A stretch of DNA of 64,000 nucleotides. Origin: Haliotis cracherodii. Its lineage: Eukaryota. The notes beneath the pieces were generated by a model. That model was not told where the DNA came from and searched no databases. It saw only the letters and a program-made list of their open reading frames with translations. Below are positions 19,264-33,100 of the stretch, piece by piece. Each line of letters opens with the position of its first letter. Positions within the stretch are counted from its first letter, which is position 1. Location: assembly GCF_022045235.1 (NCBI RefSeq), contig NW_027266266.1:186001-250000 (forward strand), given 5' to 3'. Both the position numbers and the translations under genes were made by a program.

Positions 19264-22200
19264 GTGGATATTGTCGTTCGGAGGAGCAGAATAGGATGTT
19301 TTTGTCCGAGAAGAAAACACTCACGTGGAAGTCGGCCCGGTATACAGCTAACAAGTGGTATAAGGTTTGTTCTGAGACTCGCTCTGTTATCCTTGTCACT
19401 ATTATTGATAGCGGGAGATGTTGAATCCAACCCAGGACAGCCCAAAGTACCCCCTTCTTCAGAGTACAGACTAGATCATCTGCACAACATAGCCAATCAA
19501 CACTCGACGATCTCGCTATAACACTTAAAACAATACAAATACAGATTACCGCACTTAATGACAAGATGGACATATTCACAAAGGACAATGATGACAAACT
19601 TCGTGACCCTCAAGAGGGAAACACAAGTTTGAAACAGAAACTTGATGCCCTGGAATCAAGAGATGACAGCCTTGAAGCACAGTCTCGAAGATCAAATTTA
19701 ATCTTTCATGGTCTGCAAGAAAAGAAGGGTGAAACATGGGACGAGTGTGAGTCGTGTGTCAAAGATTTGATGGACGTTACCCTAAACATCGACATTCAAT
19801 CCATCAGCTTAGAAAGAGCACATCGGCTGCATCAAAATCTGGAAGAAGACCGATCATAGCTGTTTCCCTATATGATGAGAACCAGACAAGAGAACAAAGT
19901 TACCTTTTTGAGCTACGATAAACTGGTAGTTGATGGTTCAGTTTTTGTTCAGGGAGACGACGACACATAAATCAGACAAGTTGGACAGCACAGGAACTGG
20001 ACAAGATCATCACCCAATCCTACTGAGACATCATCGCCGTCTGCACCTGCAGCTGTGTCATCATCAACTACGTCTACATCAGCTGGTAGTTATGGCAAAT
20101 AGGATGGTGGTCGCGGCCTCAGTGACACTCATGAAAATATGACCGATTCAACACTTAACATATTGAATAAGTGTTCCTGGAACATCCAAGGACTAAAATC
20201 CAAGATTGAATTTGGTGACTTTATTTCATTCTGCCAGGATCTTGACATGTTCTGTTTTGTTGAAACAACGTGTACAGATGTTAGTGATGTAATAACGAAC
20301 GTATTCTGTAACTATGATAATGGGATAATGTTATCTTTTTCAGGATTATGAATGCTAAAAGTCCAATACACGTGTTCATTGCTTTTGTCTATATTCATCC
20401 TGAATCATCTCCGTTCTACAATAAGTGTGAAGAAAATGGTATAGAAAGATTGGAAAATCAGTTAGTACATATCAAACATGACAATGATGAGTCTTGTGAA
20501 TTCATCTTATGTGGTGATTTTAATGCAAGATCGGGGTGCGACCGGGATTTTATCCTTGATGATGATGTGAAGTATTCACCAATTGATCCACATTATGTTG
20601 GAGATAATTTTCCAGTTACAAGAAGTGTTCGTGACTACAAAACAAATAAGTATGGTAGAGCTTTACTGGACTTGATTAATCGGCATACATATTGTAAATG
20701 GCAGAGCCCCATTGGATATCCCGAGTAACTTTTGTGGCACATACAGGATGCAGTACTGTAGATTATTTCATAGTTTCCAGTGATTTTTTCCCAAATGTCA
20801 ATGATATGTCAGTTATCCATTGTACAGATTCAGATTATATGCCGGTCAAATGTTTGATGAAGACTGTGTTCAATTCAAATCAGAGAAATTTAGACCACTA
20901 AACAAATTCAGAAAATATTACTGTGCGCTAAATTTGCAAAAATACATTGATGCAAAGGCAGATTTTAAAATTTGCTGTGAAAGAAAGAAGAACATCTATA
21001 ATATGGAAATGACTCATGAAATAAATACTGCAGCAAAGGATAATGACTGCAAGAGATTCTGGGATACACTTAAACGTGCTCTGCAAAACACGAACTCTAG
21101 TAATACAATATCACCTTACGTTTGGGCATCCTAATTTAAACACTTAATGAACCCTGGAACTGCAGAAGATTGTTCTGAAATTTGATCATTCGGTTTCCCA
21201 ATTCCCTGATAACCATTTTAGTAACGATTTATCAGACGAAATCACTGCATACGAGGTAGAAGAAGCCATTTCCAAGCTAAAACTCGGCAAAGCACCTGGA
21301 GAGGACGGATTACCTTCAGAGCTTTTTAAGTGTGCGGGACCCTTTCTCATTCCCTTTTTGAAATTAATAATTAACAAAGTATTAGATACAGGTATTTTCC
21401 CTTCTTCCTGGAACTTAGGTTTGATTATCCCGTTATACAAATGTGGAAAAAAGACGGACCCAAATGATTGCAGAGGTATTTCTCTTTTTAATGTTACTGG
21501 CAAGTTTTTCACTTTTGTGTTTGAAAAAAGGTTGAGAACATGGATGGAAATTAATGATTATATATCGGAATCTCAAGCTGGTTTTCGCTCTAACTATTCT
21601 ACTATCGAGAATATGTACATTGTACAGTCATTGTCAAAGTAGGTTCGTTATATCCGTCAGTTCGTTATAAGCGTGTTCGTTATAACCGTAGTTTACTGTA
21701 TTATGATGCTATTGTTTGCTGGTATATATTGCTGCATGTTTTCATCTGCAGTAAGCGGTTTACAAAAACAATTAAATGTATTACAATCACTTTGTATGAA
21801 ATGGGGACTGGAGGTAAATTTAAATAAAACAAACATAATGGTCTTTTGAAATGGTGGTATTGTTGTCAAAAGTGAAAAGTGGACTTATGGAAATGCTTCG
21901 GTCAAGGTTGAAACTTCCTTTCAATATTTGGGTATCATGTTTTCTTCTAAATTAATGTGGCAGTAGCATGTAAACAACTTGCTATTCAAGCTTCAAAAGC
22001 ATGTATGCCTGTGTATAAATTGTTAAAACAAAATAAGCATATATAGCATATTTTAAACAGCATGCAATATTTTTTAGTGTAAAATTGCACCAATATTACT
22101 GTATGGTTCGGAAATATTGGGAACAAAATATTATGCTGCCATCGAAAAAGTACATACCTCACACTTCAAACGTTTTCTTGGGTATTGGTAAATATTCCTC

Positions 22201-22990
22201 AAATAAAGCAATTCTTGGTGAAACTGGACGCTGCAATATGTTTGCGCATAGCCAAGTAAGATTAGTTAAATACTGGGTAAAGTTACTAAGAATGGAAGAA
22301 TTTAGATCTCCTGTTCAATGTTATAAATTGTTAAAGCAGTTTGATGATAAAGGTAAACAAAACTGGGTATCTGAAGTGAGCAATCTATTATTTACATGTG
22401 GTTTTTCTTGTGTGTGGATTGCACAGGATATGGGAAACATTCAAGTGTTTATGGGAACATTTATGCAGCGAGTGAAAGATATATTTGCGCAAAACTGGAA
22501 CGAAACTGTTTCATCTTCGCATTATCTTAGCAATTATAGTAAACTAAAGACACATCTTCAACAGGAAATGTATTTATCTGTCTTACCAGACAAGTCATTA
22601 ATAAGATCGTGTTGAAAATTTAAATTCTCATTACATAATTTTTATGTAAATATGTGTCGTAAATCGAAAGATATTGATGCTGTTAACAGTGTTTGTACCA
22701 AATGTGATAGATGAATGTCTTATTTAAGTGTAACAAGTATTCCAAGTTAAGATCTACATATCTCCCGTTCTTGAATAATGACTATACATCTCAAATGTTA
22801 ATGGTCAATATTGTCAACTCACAAAATAAAAATGTCTTTTAAGTGGATAGTTATATAAAGGATGTTTCTTTCTATCAGATTCAAGAAGATGTAATTTCTG
22901 TATATACGCGTGACATCATATTGTATAAATTGTTCTTTAGGCCATATGGCAATAATACTAAATAAACCTGTCTGTCTGACTGACTGACTC
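19264..22990 (+). mobile_element. Decayed APE-type non-LTR retrotransposon (LINE) with 2A-like peptide, ORF1 and APE/RT ORF2 remnants
   Basis: LLLIAGDVESNPGQ. ORF1: SRRSNLIFHGLQE..ERAHRL. APE: SWNIQGL, CGDFNAR, TVDYFIVS. RT: KAPGEDGLPSE, IIPLYK, RGISL, QAGFRSNYST. 3' AATAAA plus (CTGT/CTGA)n tail at ~22960-22990. Many stops and frameshifts, and the central RT is deleted. Confidence 0.85.
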
Positions 22991-23134
22991 CAAGCCGATC
23001 AGTCCTTGTTTTAGCCCGATAATGCCGAGCGCCAGACAGGGCGACAAAAATAACATATTTTAACGTTTTGGTATGACGCGTCCGGGGATTAAACCCCGAA
23101 CCGGCCGCTCTACCACTAGACCACGGAGGCGGTC
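22990..23134 (-). mobile_element. tRNA-derived SINE (family C)
   Basis: Head GACCGCCTCCGTGGTCTAGTGGTAGAGCG (A-box-like) on minus. Related copy at ~45326-45550(+). Confidence 0.6.
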
Positions 23135-23502
23135 TAACTTACAGAGAGCACGTATACAAGCTGAATAGTATGCACATATATTTACAGTTGGGTGACGTGA
23201 TATGTTCTTGTGGAATGATAATACAGATACTTACCGACTTCAAATCTGTTTGCACTGATTTATGTATATAATCAAGTCTTAAAGATTTAAATTCTGAGGG
23301 GAGATCTTCTTCACCAAACGGAATTATCGACAAATAACATCCGAATATTTCTATATATGCCGACTGTTTAGTGCATTAGAAGGTTGAATGAGTAACTATG
23401 TTGTAATACGTATGCGTTAAGACTGTTTCATATAGTCTGGATTGTAGAGTGTCAGTCCCGGGGAATCTGTCGGCGTATTGACCACCAGTCTGTTGGGGAA
23501 CA

Positions 23503-26500
23503 CTAGCGTTTGGTCACCACTACTTCAAACGGCCTGGGAGATCGAGTTAATCCAGTGACCCCTTCCAGGTTCAAAGTCGCCCCATCTACCTTCTTAAATG
23601 TGAACCATTGTAGGAGGTTGGCGAAGTAGAGGAACAGTTCCATCTTGGCCAGAGTCTCGCCAGCACACACCCGGGGACCTGACATGAACAGGATATCATC
23701 CACTGAATATATCATCTATAGAATATATCATCCGTTGAATATATCATCCATTGCATATATCACCCATTGAATATATCATCCGTTGAATATATCATCCATT
23801 GAATATATCATCCGTTGAATATATTATCCATTGAATATATCACCCATTGAATATATCATCCGTTGAATATATCATCCACTGAATATATCATCTGTTGAAT
23901 ATATCATCCATTGCTTATATCACCCATATATATTATTCATTGAATTATCGACCTCGCAAAGGACAAATCGCAAAAATTCCTTGGAAATCAGGAAACGAAT
24001 TACAGATGAATACGACGTTCCGTTACATGTGTGATCAACGTAATTGATATGATGTCATAAGATAACAGCCATAAAGCTACATGTTTACTTGCAGAGAAGG
24101 GCATGACTTTCTGATAAACAACGTTACATGTTTACCAGCAGAGAAGGACGTGAATGTATGATAAACAGTGTTACATGTTTACCAGCAGAGAAGGGCGTGA
24201 ATGTATGATAAACAATGTTACAAGTTCTATATAATAAGTTACCAGCAGAGAAGGGCGTGAATGTATGATAAACAATGTTACAAGTTCTATATAAAAAGTT
24301 ACCAGCAGAAAAGGGCGTGAATGTATGATAAACAATGTTACAAGTTCTATATAATAAGTTACCAGCAGAGAAGGGCGTGAATGTATGATACAAAATGTTA
24401 CAAGTTCTATATAATATGTTACCAGAAGAGGAGGGCATAAATGTATGATAAACAATGTTACAAGTTCTATATAATAAGTTACCAGCAGAGAAGGGCGTGA
24501 ATGTATGATAAACAGTGTTACATGTTTACCAGCCGAGAAGGGCGTGAATGTATGATAAACAGTGTTACAAGTTCTATATAATAAGTTACCAGCAGAGAAG
24601 GGCATGAAATATTCTCCTCTGTGGACCTTCCCGTCCTTGAGGAATCTGTCCGGGTTGAAGGTCCCGGGGTCCGGCCAGAGGGCGGGGTCCATGTGCACCG
24701 ACAGGAGGTTGACGAGGACGATGGACTCCCGGGGGATGGTGAAGCCACCCAGGGTGGTAGCCTGTAGCGTGGCGTGGGGCACGGACAGCGGGGCTGTGGG
24801 TGGAGACACAGATGTGACGGGATACATGATGGCCATGGGTGCTTGACAACAACAAAAACAACAACAACAACAACAACAGCATGGAAACTAGGAGGAACAA
24901 CTCTGACAGAATATACCTTAGGCTGATTCGTACTGTCACTCTTACCTATGGTTGTTATTGTCCGTATCTTAGTGTAGATATAACATAAGTCACTCTTACC
25001 TATGGTGGATATTGTCTTTATCTTAGTGTAGATTTAACATAAGTCACTCTTACCTATGGTGGTTATTGTCCGTATCTTAGTGTAGATTTAACATAAGTCA
25101 CTCTTACCTATGGTGGATATTGTCTTTATCTTAGTGTAGATTTAACATAAGTCACTCTTACCTATGGTGGTTATTGTCCGTATCTTAGTGTAGATTTAAC
25201 ATAAGTCACTCTTACCTATGGTGGATATTGTCTGTATCTTAGTGTAGATTTAACATAAGTCACTCTTACCTATGGTGGTTATTGTCCGTATCTTAGTGTA
25301 GATTTAACATAAGTCACTCTTACCTATGGTGGTTATTGTCCGTATCTTAGTGTAGATTTAACATAAGTCACTCTTACCTATGGTGGATATTGTCTGTATC
25401 TTAGTGTAGATTTAACATAAGTCACTCTTACCTATGGTGGTTATTGTCCGTATCTTAGTGTAGATATAACATAAGTCACTCTTACCTATGGTGGATATTG
25501 TCTTTATCTTAGTGTAGATTTAACATAAGTCACTCTTACCTATGGTGGTTATTGTCCGTATCTTAGTGTAGATTTAACATAAGTCACTCTTACCTATGGT
25601 GGATATTGTCTTTATCTTAGTGTAGATTTAACATAAGTCACTCTTACCTATGGTGGTTATTGTCCGTATCTTAGTGTAGATTTAACATAAGTCACTCTTA
25701 CCTATGGTGGATATTGTCTGTATCTTAGTGTAGATTTAACATAAGTCACTCTTACCTATGGTGGTTATTGTCCGTATCTTAGTGTAGATTTAACATAAGT
25801 CACTCTTACCTATGGTGGTTATTGTCCGTATCTTAGTGTAGATTTAACATAAGTCACTCTTACCTATGGTGGATATTGTCTGTATCTTAGTGTAGATTTA
25901 ACATAAGTCACTCTTACCTGTGGTGGATATTGTCCGTATCTTAGTGTAGATTTAACATAAGTCACTCTTACCTATGGTGGATATTGTCTTTATCTTAGTG
26001 TAGATTTAACATAAGTCACTCTTACCTATGGTGGATATTGTCTGTATCTTAGTGTAGATTTAACATAAGTCACTCTTACCTATGGTGGTTATTGTCTTTA
26101 TCTTAGTGTAGATTTAACATAAGTCACTCTTACCTATGGTGGATATTGTCTTTATCTTAGTGTAGATTTAACATAAGTCACTCTTACCTATGGTGGTTAT
26201 TGTCCGTATCTTAGTGTAGATTTAACATAAGTCACTCTTACCTATGGTGGATATTGTCTGTATCTTAGTGTAGATCTAACATAAGTCACTCTTACCTATG
26301 GTTGTTATTGTTCGTATCTTAGTTTAGATTTAACATAAGTCACTCTTACCTGTGGTGGATATTGTCCGTATCTTAGTGTAGATTTAACATAAGTCACTCT
26401 TACCTATGGTGGTTATTGTCCGTATCTTAGTGTAGATTTAACACAAGTCACTCTTACCTATGGTGGATATTGTCCGTATCTCAGTGTAGATTTAACATAA

Positions 26501-27026
26501 GTCACTCTTACCTATGGTGGATATTGTCTTTATCTTAGTGTAGATTTAACATAAGTCACTCTTACCTATGGTGGATATTGTCCGTATCTTAGTGTAGATT
26601 TAACATAAGTCACTCTTACCTATGGTGGATATTCTCTGTATCTCACACAGTGTAGATTCAACATAGGGCAACTTGAGTCTGTCCGAGAACTGCACCATTC
26701 TGCCGGTACCAATGACCTTAAGTCAAAGCACATGCTATAAGCACCTGTAAACTCATGGGAGAAGGAAAGTATACTTTGATCTTTCCCCCAAAACTATCGA
26801 AATGAGCAAAATGGAATAAGACTTAAAACAGTTGCCCTAGAACTGCAAAATCAAACTAAAAAACGCAACGCGTTGGGCGGAAGGGTGTACGCGCAGTGGC
26901 CAAAGGTCACCCATCAGCTTTTCCAGGTATTCGTAAAATTGCACGTGCTGAATTTGTATAAAATAGCGATGAACCGTTGCTAAGTCATCACATGTAATAA
27001 AACATATGCCACGGTTAAGTGACGAA

Positions 27027-27104
<78 letters not shown>

Positions 27105-30100
27105 AGATTGGAGTCAACCACATCCAGATTGCTAGAAACCTAAACTGTATATAGGCAACGGTCGTCACACTGTTTCAACGCTTCAGACAGACAAGCACCA
27201 GACTGTACCATCTGCGCAACAGGTTCGTCACGGCGACGGAAACGGCAGCAACGGCGTTAGGACACCGTATCAGTCGGCGCACATTACTACGACGTCTACG
27301 TGACGCAGATATTAGAGCTCACCGTCCGGATCCATTCCGTGGAATGGCATTGACCCGGGAACATTGACCTAAAAATCTGCTATGGGCCAGGACAATACGA
27401 CGTTGGCATGTCCGTGATTGGAGGAGAGTGCTTTTCTCTAACGAAAGCAGGTTTCAGCTGTTTCACAATGATGGTCGAGCTCGAGTATACCGTCGCAGGG
27501 GGAAGTTCATCCCTATGGTGGAGATGCTGTGATGGTTTGAGGTGGAATTTGTGGTAACCAACGGACGAGACTTGTCATCATCCGATACAGAGATGATGTT
27601 CTTCAACCCGTGGTGCTTCCACTCCTTCGCCAACAGCAACAGGGAACACTCCTGCATTATGACAACGCTAGACCACACACTGCAAGGCTCGTCCAGGACT
27701 TCTTGAATACGAACGTCAACGTTCTTCCGTGGCCATCACTCTCACCTGACTTGAAACCAATTGAATATTTGTGGGATCATCTAAACCGTCAGATACGAAG
27801 ACGTCCACACCCACCAGCAAACCAGCTACAGCTTGCCGACGCTGTAAGAATTGAATGGAATCGGATTCCCGATTACGTCATCAGGCGGCTGACAACATCA
27901 ATGAGGCGGCGAGTCTAGACGTGCGGTGGTGCTCACGGTGGTCATACTCGTTACTGAGCGTACCATGTATCCGTTAAAGACCACGAACTTATCAAGACAG
28001 TACGTGGTTGACTCTGATCCTTCCTGTGAACTGTGATCTGCCTACCCCCATGTTCATGTGAACGTCATGTACGCGTCACCTGTGTCGAGTTTCGCACTGT
28101 AATTGTGCATGGACTATCGCATGTGACCCAATTAGCGAATACACCATCATTGAATAACATTCTCTTGTTTGTTTTCATTTTATTGACAACCCAACATGGG
28201 TGTATGCTTTAGTTTGTCCACTGGTTTAGTCAAGTTAAGTGTTTGTTTCCTATGGAGGCCGCTGGCCCATTTGCATGATATATCACATTAGTAAACAAAC
28301 ACAACATGGTAAATCTAGGTTTATAATTTCTGTCTCTTGACGTCATGGCTTTGCGACACGAATTAAATCTACACAGGTTATTTTCGCAATTTTTCCCAAA
28401 TCCAGATAATAACATTTGAAACTTATTCTGGGTTGAATATTGACAGTCCATTTTCGATAAATAATATTTTCTAAAGTTACCATAATAGTTAATATTGTAC
28501 ATACAGGATGTGTGCGTAGTGACGACTTTATTCCTAGCGATCAACCTTCATTTACCTTCAGTACTAACAATCCGACTCTAAGTCGAGTATAATGTGACGA
28601 TATTCCTTGTCTGAAATGTCAGATATTTACTTTTCAAGTCTAATAAAGTTTTGAACTATTGTTCAAAGTGCTATTCCACTACTGAAAATGCGTTTATAAG
28701 AAAATGATATATATTGATATACTTCTAGAAAAAAAAGTACTTTTTCATCCACCGATTACCACAAAACACAAACCCAAATCCATGTGAAAAAAGGAAGATG
28801 GAAAGATAATTGTTATATCCAGAGTAAACATGACATACAAGCGTAATCCTGGTCTTTGTCGGTATCCTACCATTATGCATTCTATTAATTTCAACCTATA
28901 TACAACCCTACTAAAACATTAACAACGTTTACATAAAGGGTAAAGATCACCATTTGCAATGACATTTGGTGTCTGGCATTTAGAAATTTTATTATGTGAA
29001 CATATTCTATCTTTTCATACCTTTGTAAACCCTAATCTTCAGAACCATATAACATAATTGATTGAATTTTGTGTATCAAATATTTTTAAAAATACAGCGA
29101 GTCGACTAAGTCAAGTCTGCTTAAATTACTTCCATCAGCGCTCGTTTTCCTCATAACTTTTGTTCCCCTTTATATAAAACCACACTTCAATTCTCCATGA
29201 CGCAAATCAGCACAGTAGGCACCGGTACTCGTCTTCTGACATTGTAAGTGAGTGAATGAGTGAGTGAGTGAGTATGGTTTTACGCCACTTTTAGCAATAT
29301 TCCAGCAATATCACGGCGGGAGACACCAGAAATGGGCTTCACACATTGTACCCATGTCGGGAACCGTAACGAGCGAACGCTTTAACCACCAGGCTATCCG
29401 ACCGCCCCGACACTCTAAGTAGTCAACAAGGCTCGCATGGTGCTGGGTGCGTCAGTGGCGCCTACCTCCTCCATCTCCTGCTGGCAGCGCGCCTGGATGT
29501 CGGGGTAGGCCACCATGTAGAGGAGGGCCCAGTTCAACGTTGTAGAGGACGTCTCCGTGCCGGCCATGAACAGGTCTACAATCACTCGTAGGAAGTTTCT
29601 GACTGGAAGAAGACAGAAGGCATTTCAAGGACAATTCCAAGGGTCAATCTCGACATATCTTAACCATATCTGGGCCATATCTCCACACCATATCTCGGCC
29701 CTCGGGAGAATCCATATTGGAACTGGCTAGCATCTATATAAAGAACATAAAGAGTCTATCAACCAAAGGATTTCTATTTAAATCGGCCAGAATTTAATAC
29801 GAACTATATGCGGTAGGGTCAGTAGGTTTACGGTTTACAATCACGCAATATCGCTGCCCGAGGTATAATAGCAGTAGCGAATAAACAGCCCTGCTTGGTT
29901 TCCTGGGTATGCTGCGCTGGCGCTACACTAGTGCTACACTAGCGCAAGCGCAGCATACCCAGGGAACCAGGCTGCCAAATGGTCTTGGAAACATAGGACA
30001 TGCTACGTGTAGTTCATGTGTACTGCGACAATGCATATCAGATATGTAACCTATGTACAAATATGCTAGAAAATGTCATGATGGAAACAAATCCGGCGTA

Positions 30101-33100
30101 CGTGTGTATGATGCGTCATTGTCCTCATCACGGAACTCGATGAACATGTCGATGAAGTCTCGGATGTTGTCTCGGTCGTATGTCGATTCATGATCCGTGA
30201 CGATGTCGCTGACAAACTGCGCCAGGCGGTCGAATGCTTCAATGTTGTCAACTAATCCCTGCACAAGGTAAACAGACAATCAGACTCATTCACTCACGAA
30301 CTCACGAACTCGCGCACTCACGCACGCACGCACGCACCCACGAACGAACGAATGAACGAACGAACGGTTAATCACTCACCTTTTTGAAATGAGGAACAAA
30401 TCTTAAGATGGGAAATGCATTGCATATTTGGAACAAGCCGGGCCTTTGAAAGACGTCGTTCAACAGCCGCACCATCTTCTGGAACTGCGCGTCCTCGTAC
30501 TCAAACCTGTAGACAGCAAAGTATTAACAGAGACCATCTACCCGGGATGACACTCATCAACCTAGCTTAAAGATAGGTAGGTGTCAATCTACACCAGCAC
30601 CCGTACAAAAGGCTCCACGGTAAGAAGAGCGCAATCGACACTAACATGTACCCGTACAACAGACTCCAGGGTAGGAAGGACTCAATCTACACTAACATAT
30701 ACCCGTACAACAGGCTCCAGGGTAGGAAGGACTCAATCTACACTAACATATACCCGTACAACAGGCTCCAGGGTAGGAAGGACTCAATCTACACTAACAT
30801 GTACCCGTACACCAGGCTCCAGTGTAGGAAGGACTCAATCTACACTAACATGTACCCGTACAACAGGCTCCAGGGTAGGAAGGACTCAATCTACACTAAC
30901 ATGTACCCGTACACCAGGCTCCAGTGTAGGAAGGACTCAATCTACACTAACATGTACCCGTACAACAGGCTCCAGGGTAGGAAGGACTCAATCTACACTA
31001 ACATGTACCCGTACAACAGGCTCCAGGGTAGGAAGGACTCAATCTACACTAACATGTACCCGTACAACAGGCTCCAGGGTAGGAAGGACTCAATCTACAC
31101 TAACATGTACCCGTACACCAGGCTCCAGGGTAGGAAGGACTCAATCTACACTAACATGTACCCGTACAACAGGCTCCAGGGTAGGAAGGACTCAATCTAC
31201 ACTAACATGTACCCGTACAACAGGCTCCAGGGTAGGAAGGACTCAATCTACACTAACATGTACCCGTACAACAGGCTCCAGGGTAGGAAGGACTCAATCT
31301 ACACTAACATGTACCCGTACACCAGGCTCCAGGGTAGGAAGGACTCAATCTACACCAGCATGTACCCGTACACCAGGCTCCAGGGTAGGAAGGACTCAAT
31401 CTACACTAACATGTACCCGTACACCAGGCTCCAGGGTAGGAAGGACTCAATCTACACTAACATATACCCGTACACCAGGCTCCAGTGTAGGAAGGACTCA
31501 ATCTACACTAACATGTACCCGTACACCAGGCTCCAGGATAGGAAGGACTCAATCTACACTAACATGTACCCGTACACCAGGCTCCAGTGTAGGAAGGACT
31601 CAGTCTACACTAACATGTACCCGTACAACAGGCTCCAGGGTAGGAAGGACTCAATCTACACTAACATGTACCCGTACACCAGGCTCCAGTGTAGGAAGGA
31701 CTCAATCTACACTAACATGTACCCGTACACCAGGCTCCAGGGTAGGAAGGACTCAATCTACACTAACATGTACCCGTACAACAGGCTCCAGGGTAGGAAG
31801 GACTCAATCTACACTAACATGTACCCGTACAACAGACTCCAGGGTAGGAAGGACTCAATCTACACTAACATGTACCCGTACAACAGGCTCCAGGGTAGGA
31901 AGGACTCAATCTACACTAACATGTACCCGTACAACAGGCTCCAGGGTAGGAAGGACTCAATCTACACTAACATGTACCCGTACAACAGACTCCAGGGTAG
32001 GAAGGACTCAATCTACACTAACATGTACCCGTACACCAGGCTCCAGGGTAGGAAGGGCGCAATCGACACTAACATGTACCCGTACAACAGACTCCAGGGT
32101 AGGAAGGACTCAATCTACACTAACATGTACCCGTACAAAAGGCTCCAGGGTAGGAAGGACTCAATCTACACTAACATGTACCCGTACAACAGACTCCAGG
32201 GTAGGAAGGACTCAATCTACACTAACATATACCCGTACAACAGACTCCAGGGTAGGAAGGACTCAATCGACACTAACATGTACCCGTACACCAGGCTCCA
32301 GGGTAGGAAGGACTCAATCTACACTAACATGTACCCGTACAACAGGCTCCAGGGTAGGAAGGACTCAATCTACACTAACATGTACCCGTACAACAGACTC
32401 CAGGGTAGGAAGGACTCAATCTACACTAACATGTACCCGTACACCAGGCTCCAGGGTAGGAAGGGCGCAATCGACACTAACATGTACCCGTACAACAGAC
32501 TCCAGGGTAGGAAGGACTCAATCTACACTAACATGTACCCGTACACCAGACTCCAGGGTAGGTAGGTATCAGTCCACGACACCTGGGTATCCGTACAGGA
32601 AGTGCCACGATAGGTAGGTCATCAGCATCTAAGCTTGTTGTAAGTAGCGACTAAGCCATCGAGTGACAAGCAATCGGATGGTCAGGCTCGCTGATTTGGT
32701 TTATGCACGTCATCGTAACCAAGTTGCGTGGATCGATGCTCGTGATGTTAATCACTGGATTGTCAGGTCAAGACTCGATTTTTAACAGACCGCCGTCATA
32801 CAGCTGGAATACTACGTAAAAAAACCGACCAAATGTAGGTATCAGTCTACGGCAAACATGAACTGAGGTTTTGCTCTTTATTTAAGGAGAAATTTGCCTG
32901 TTTCTTAAGAAGAAGTATTAACCTGTATTAAAGATAGATATTTATTCATAGATCATTATTATTGTATTTCGAAATTACGTAATACATCCATATACCACTA
33001 TCGTACTCATTATATATGAAAAGAAATTGTACTCTTGGCCATGAGGTCTTCAATACCGAATAAACTCTCTCTCTCTCCAGTCACCTCCGATACAAATGTC

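Noticed and set aside
29250-29408. tRNA genes
   Set aside because: tRNA-like heads belong to dispersed SINEs and do not form full cloverleaves.
30581-32617. 678-aa and 639-aa repeat ORFs
   Set aside because: 51-bp intronic minisatellite, open in several frames by chance.
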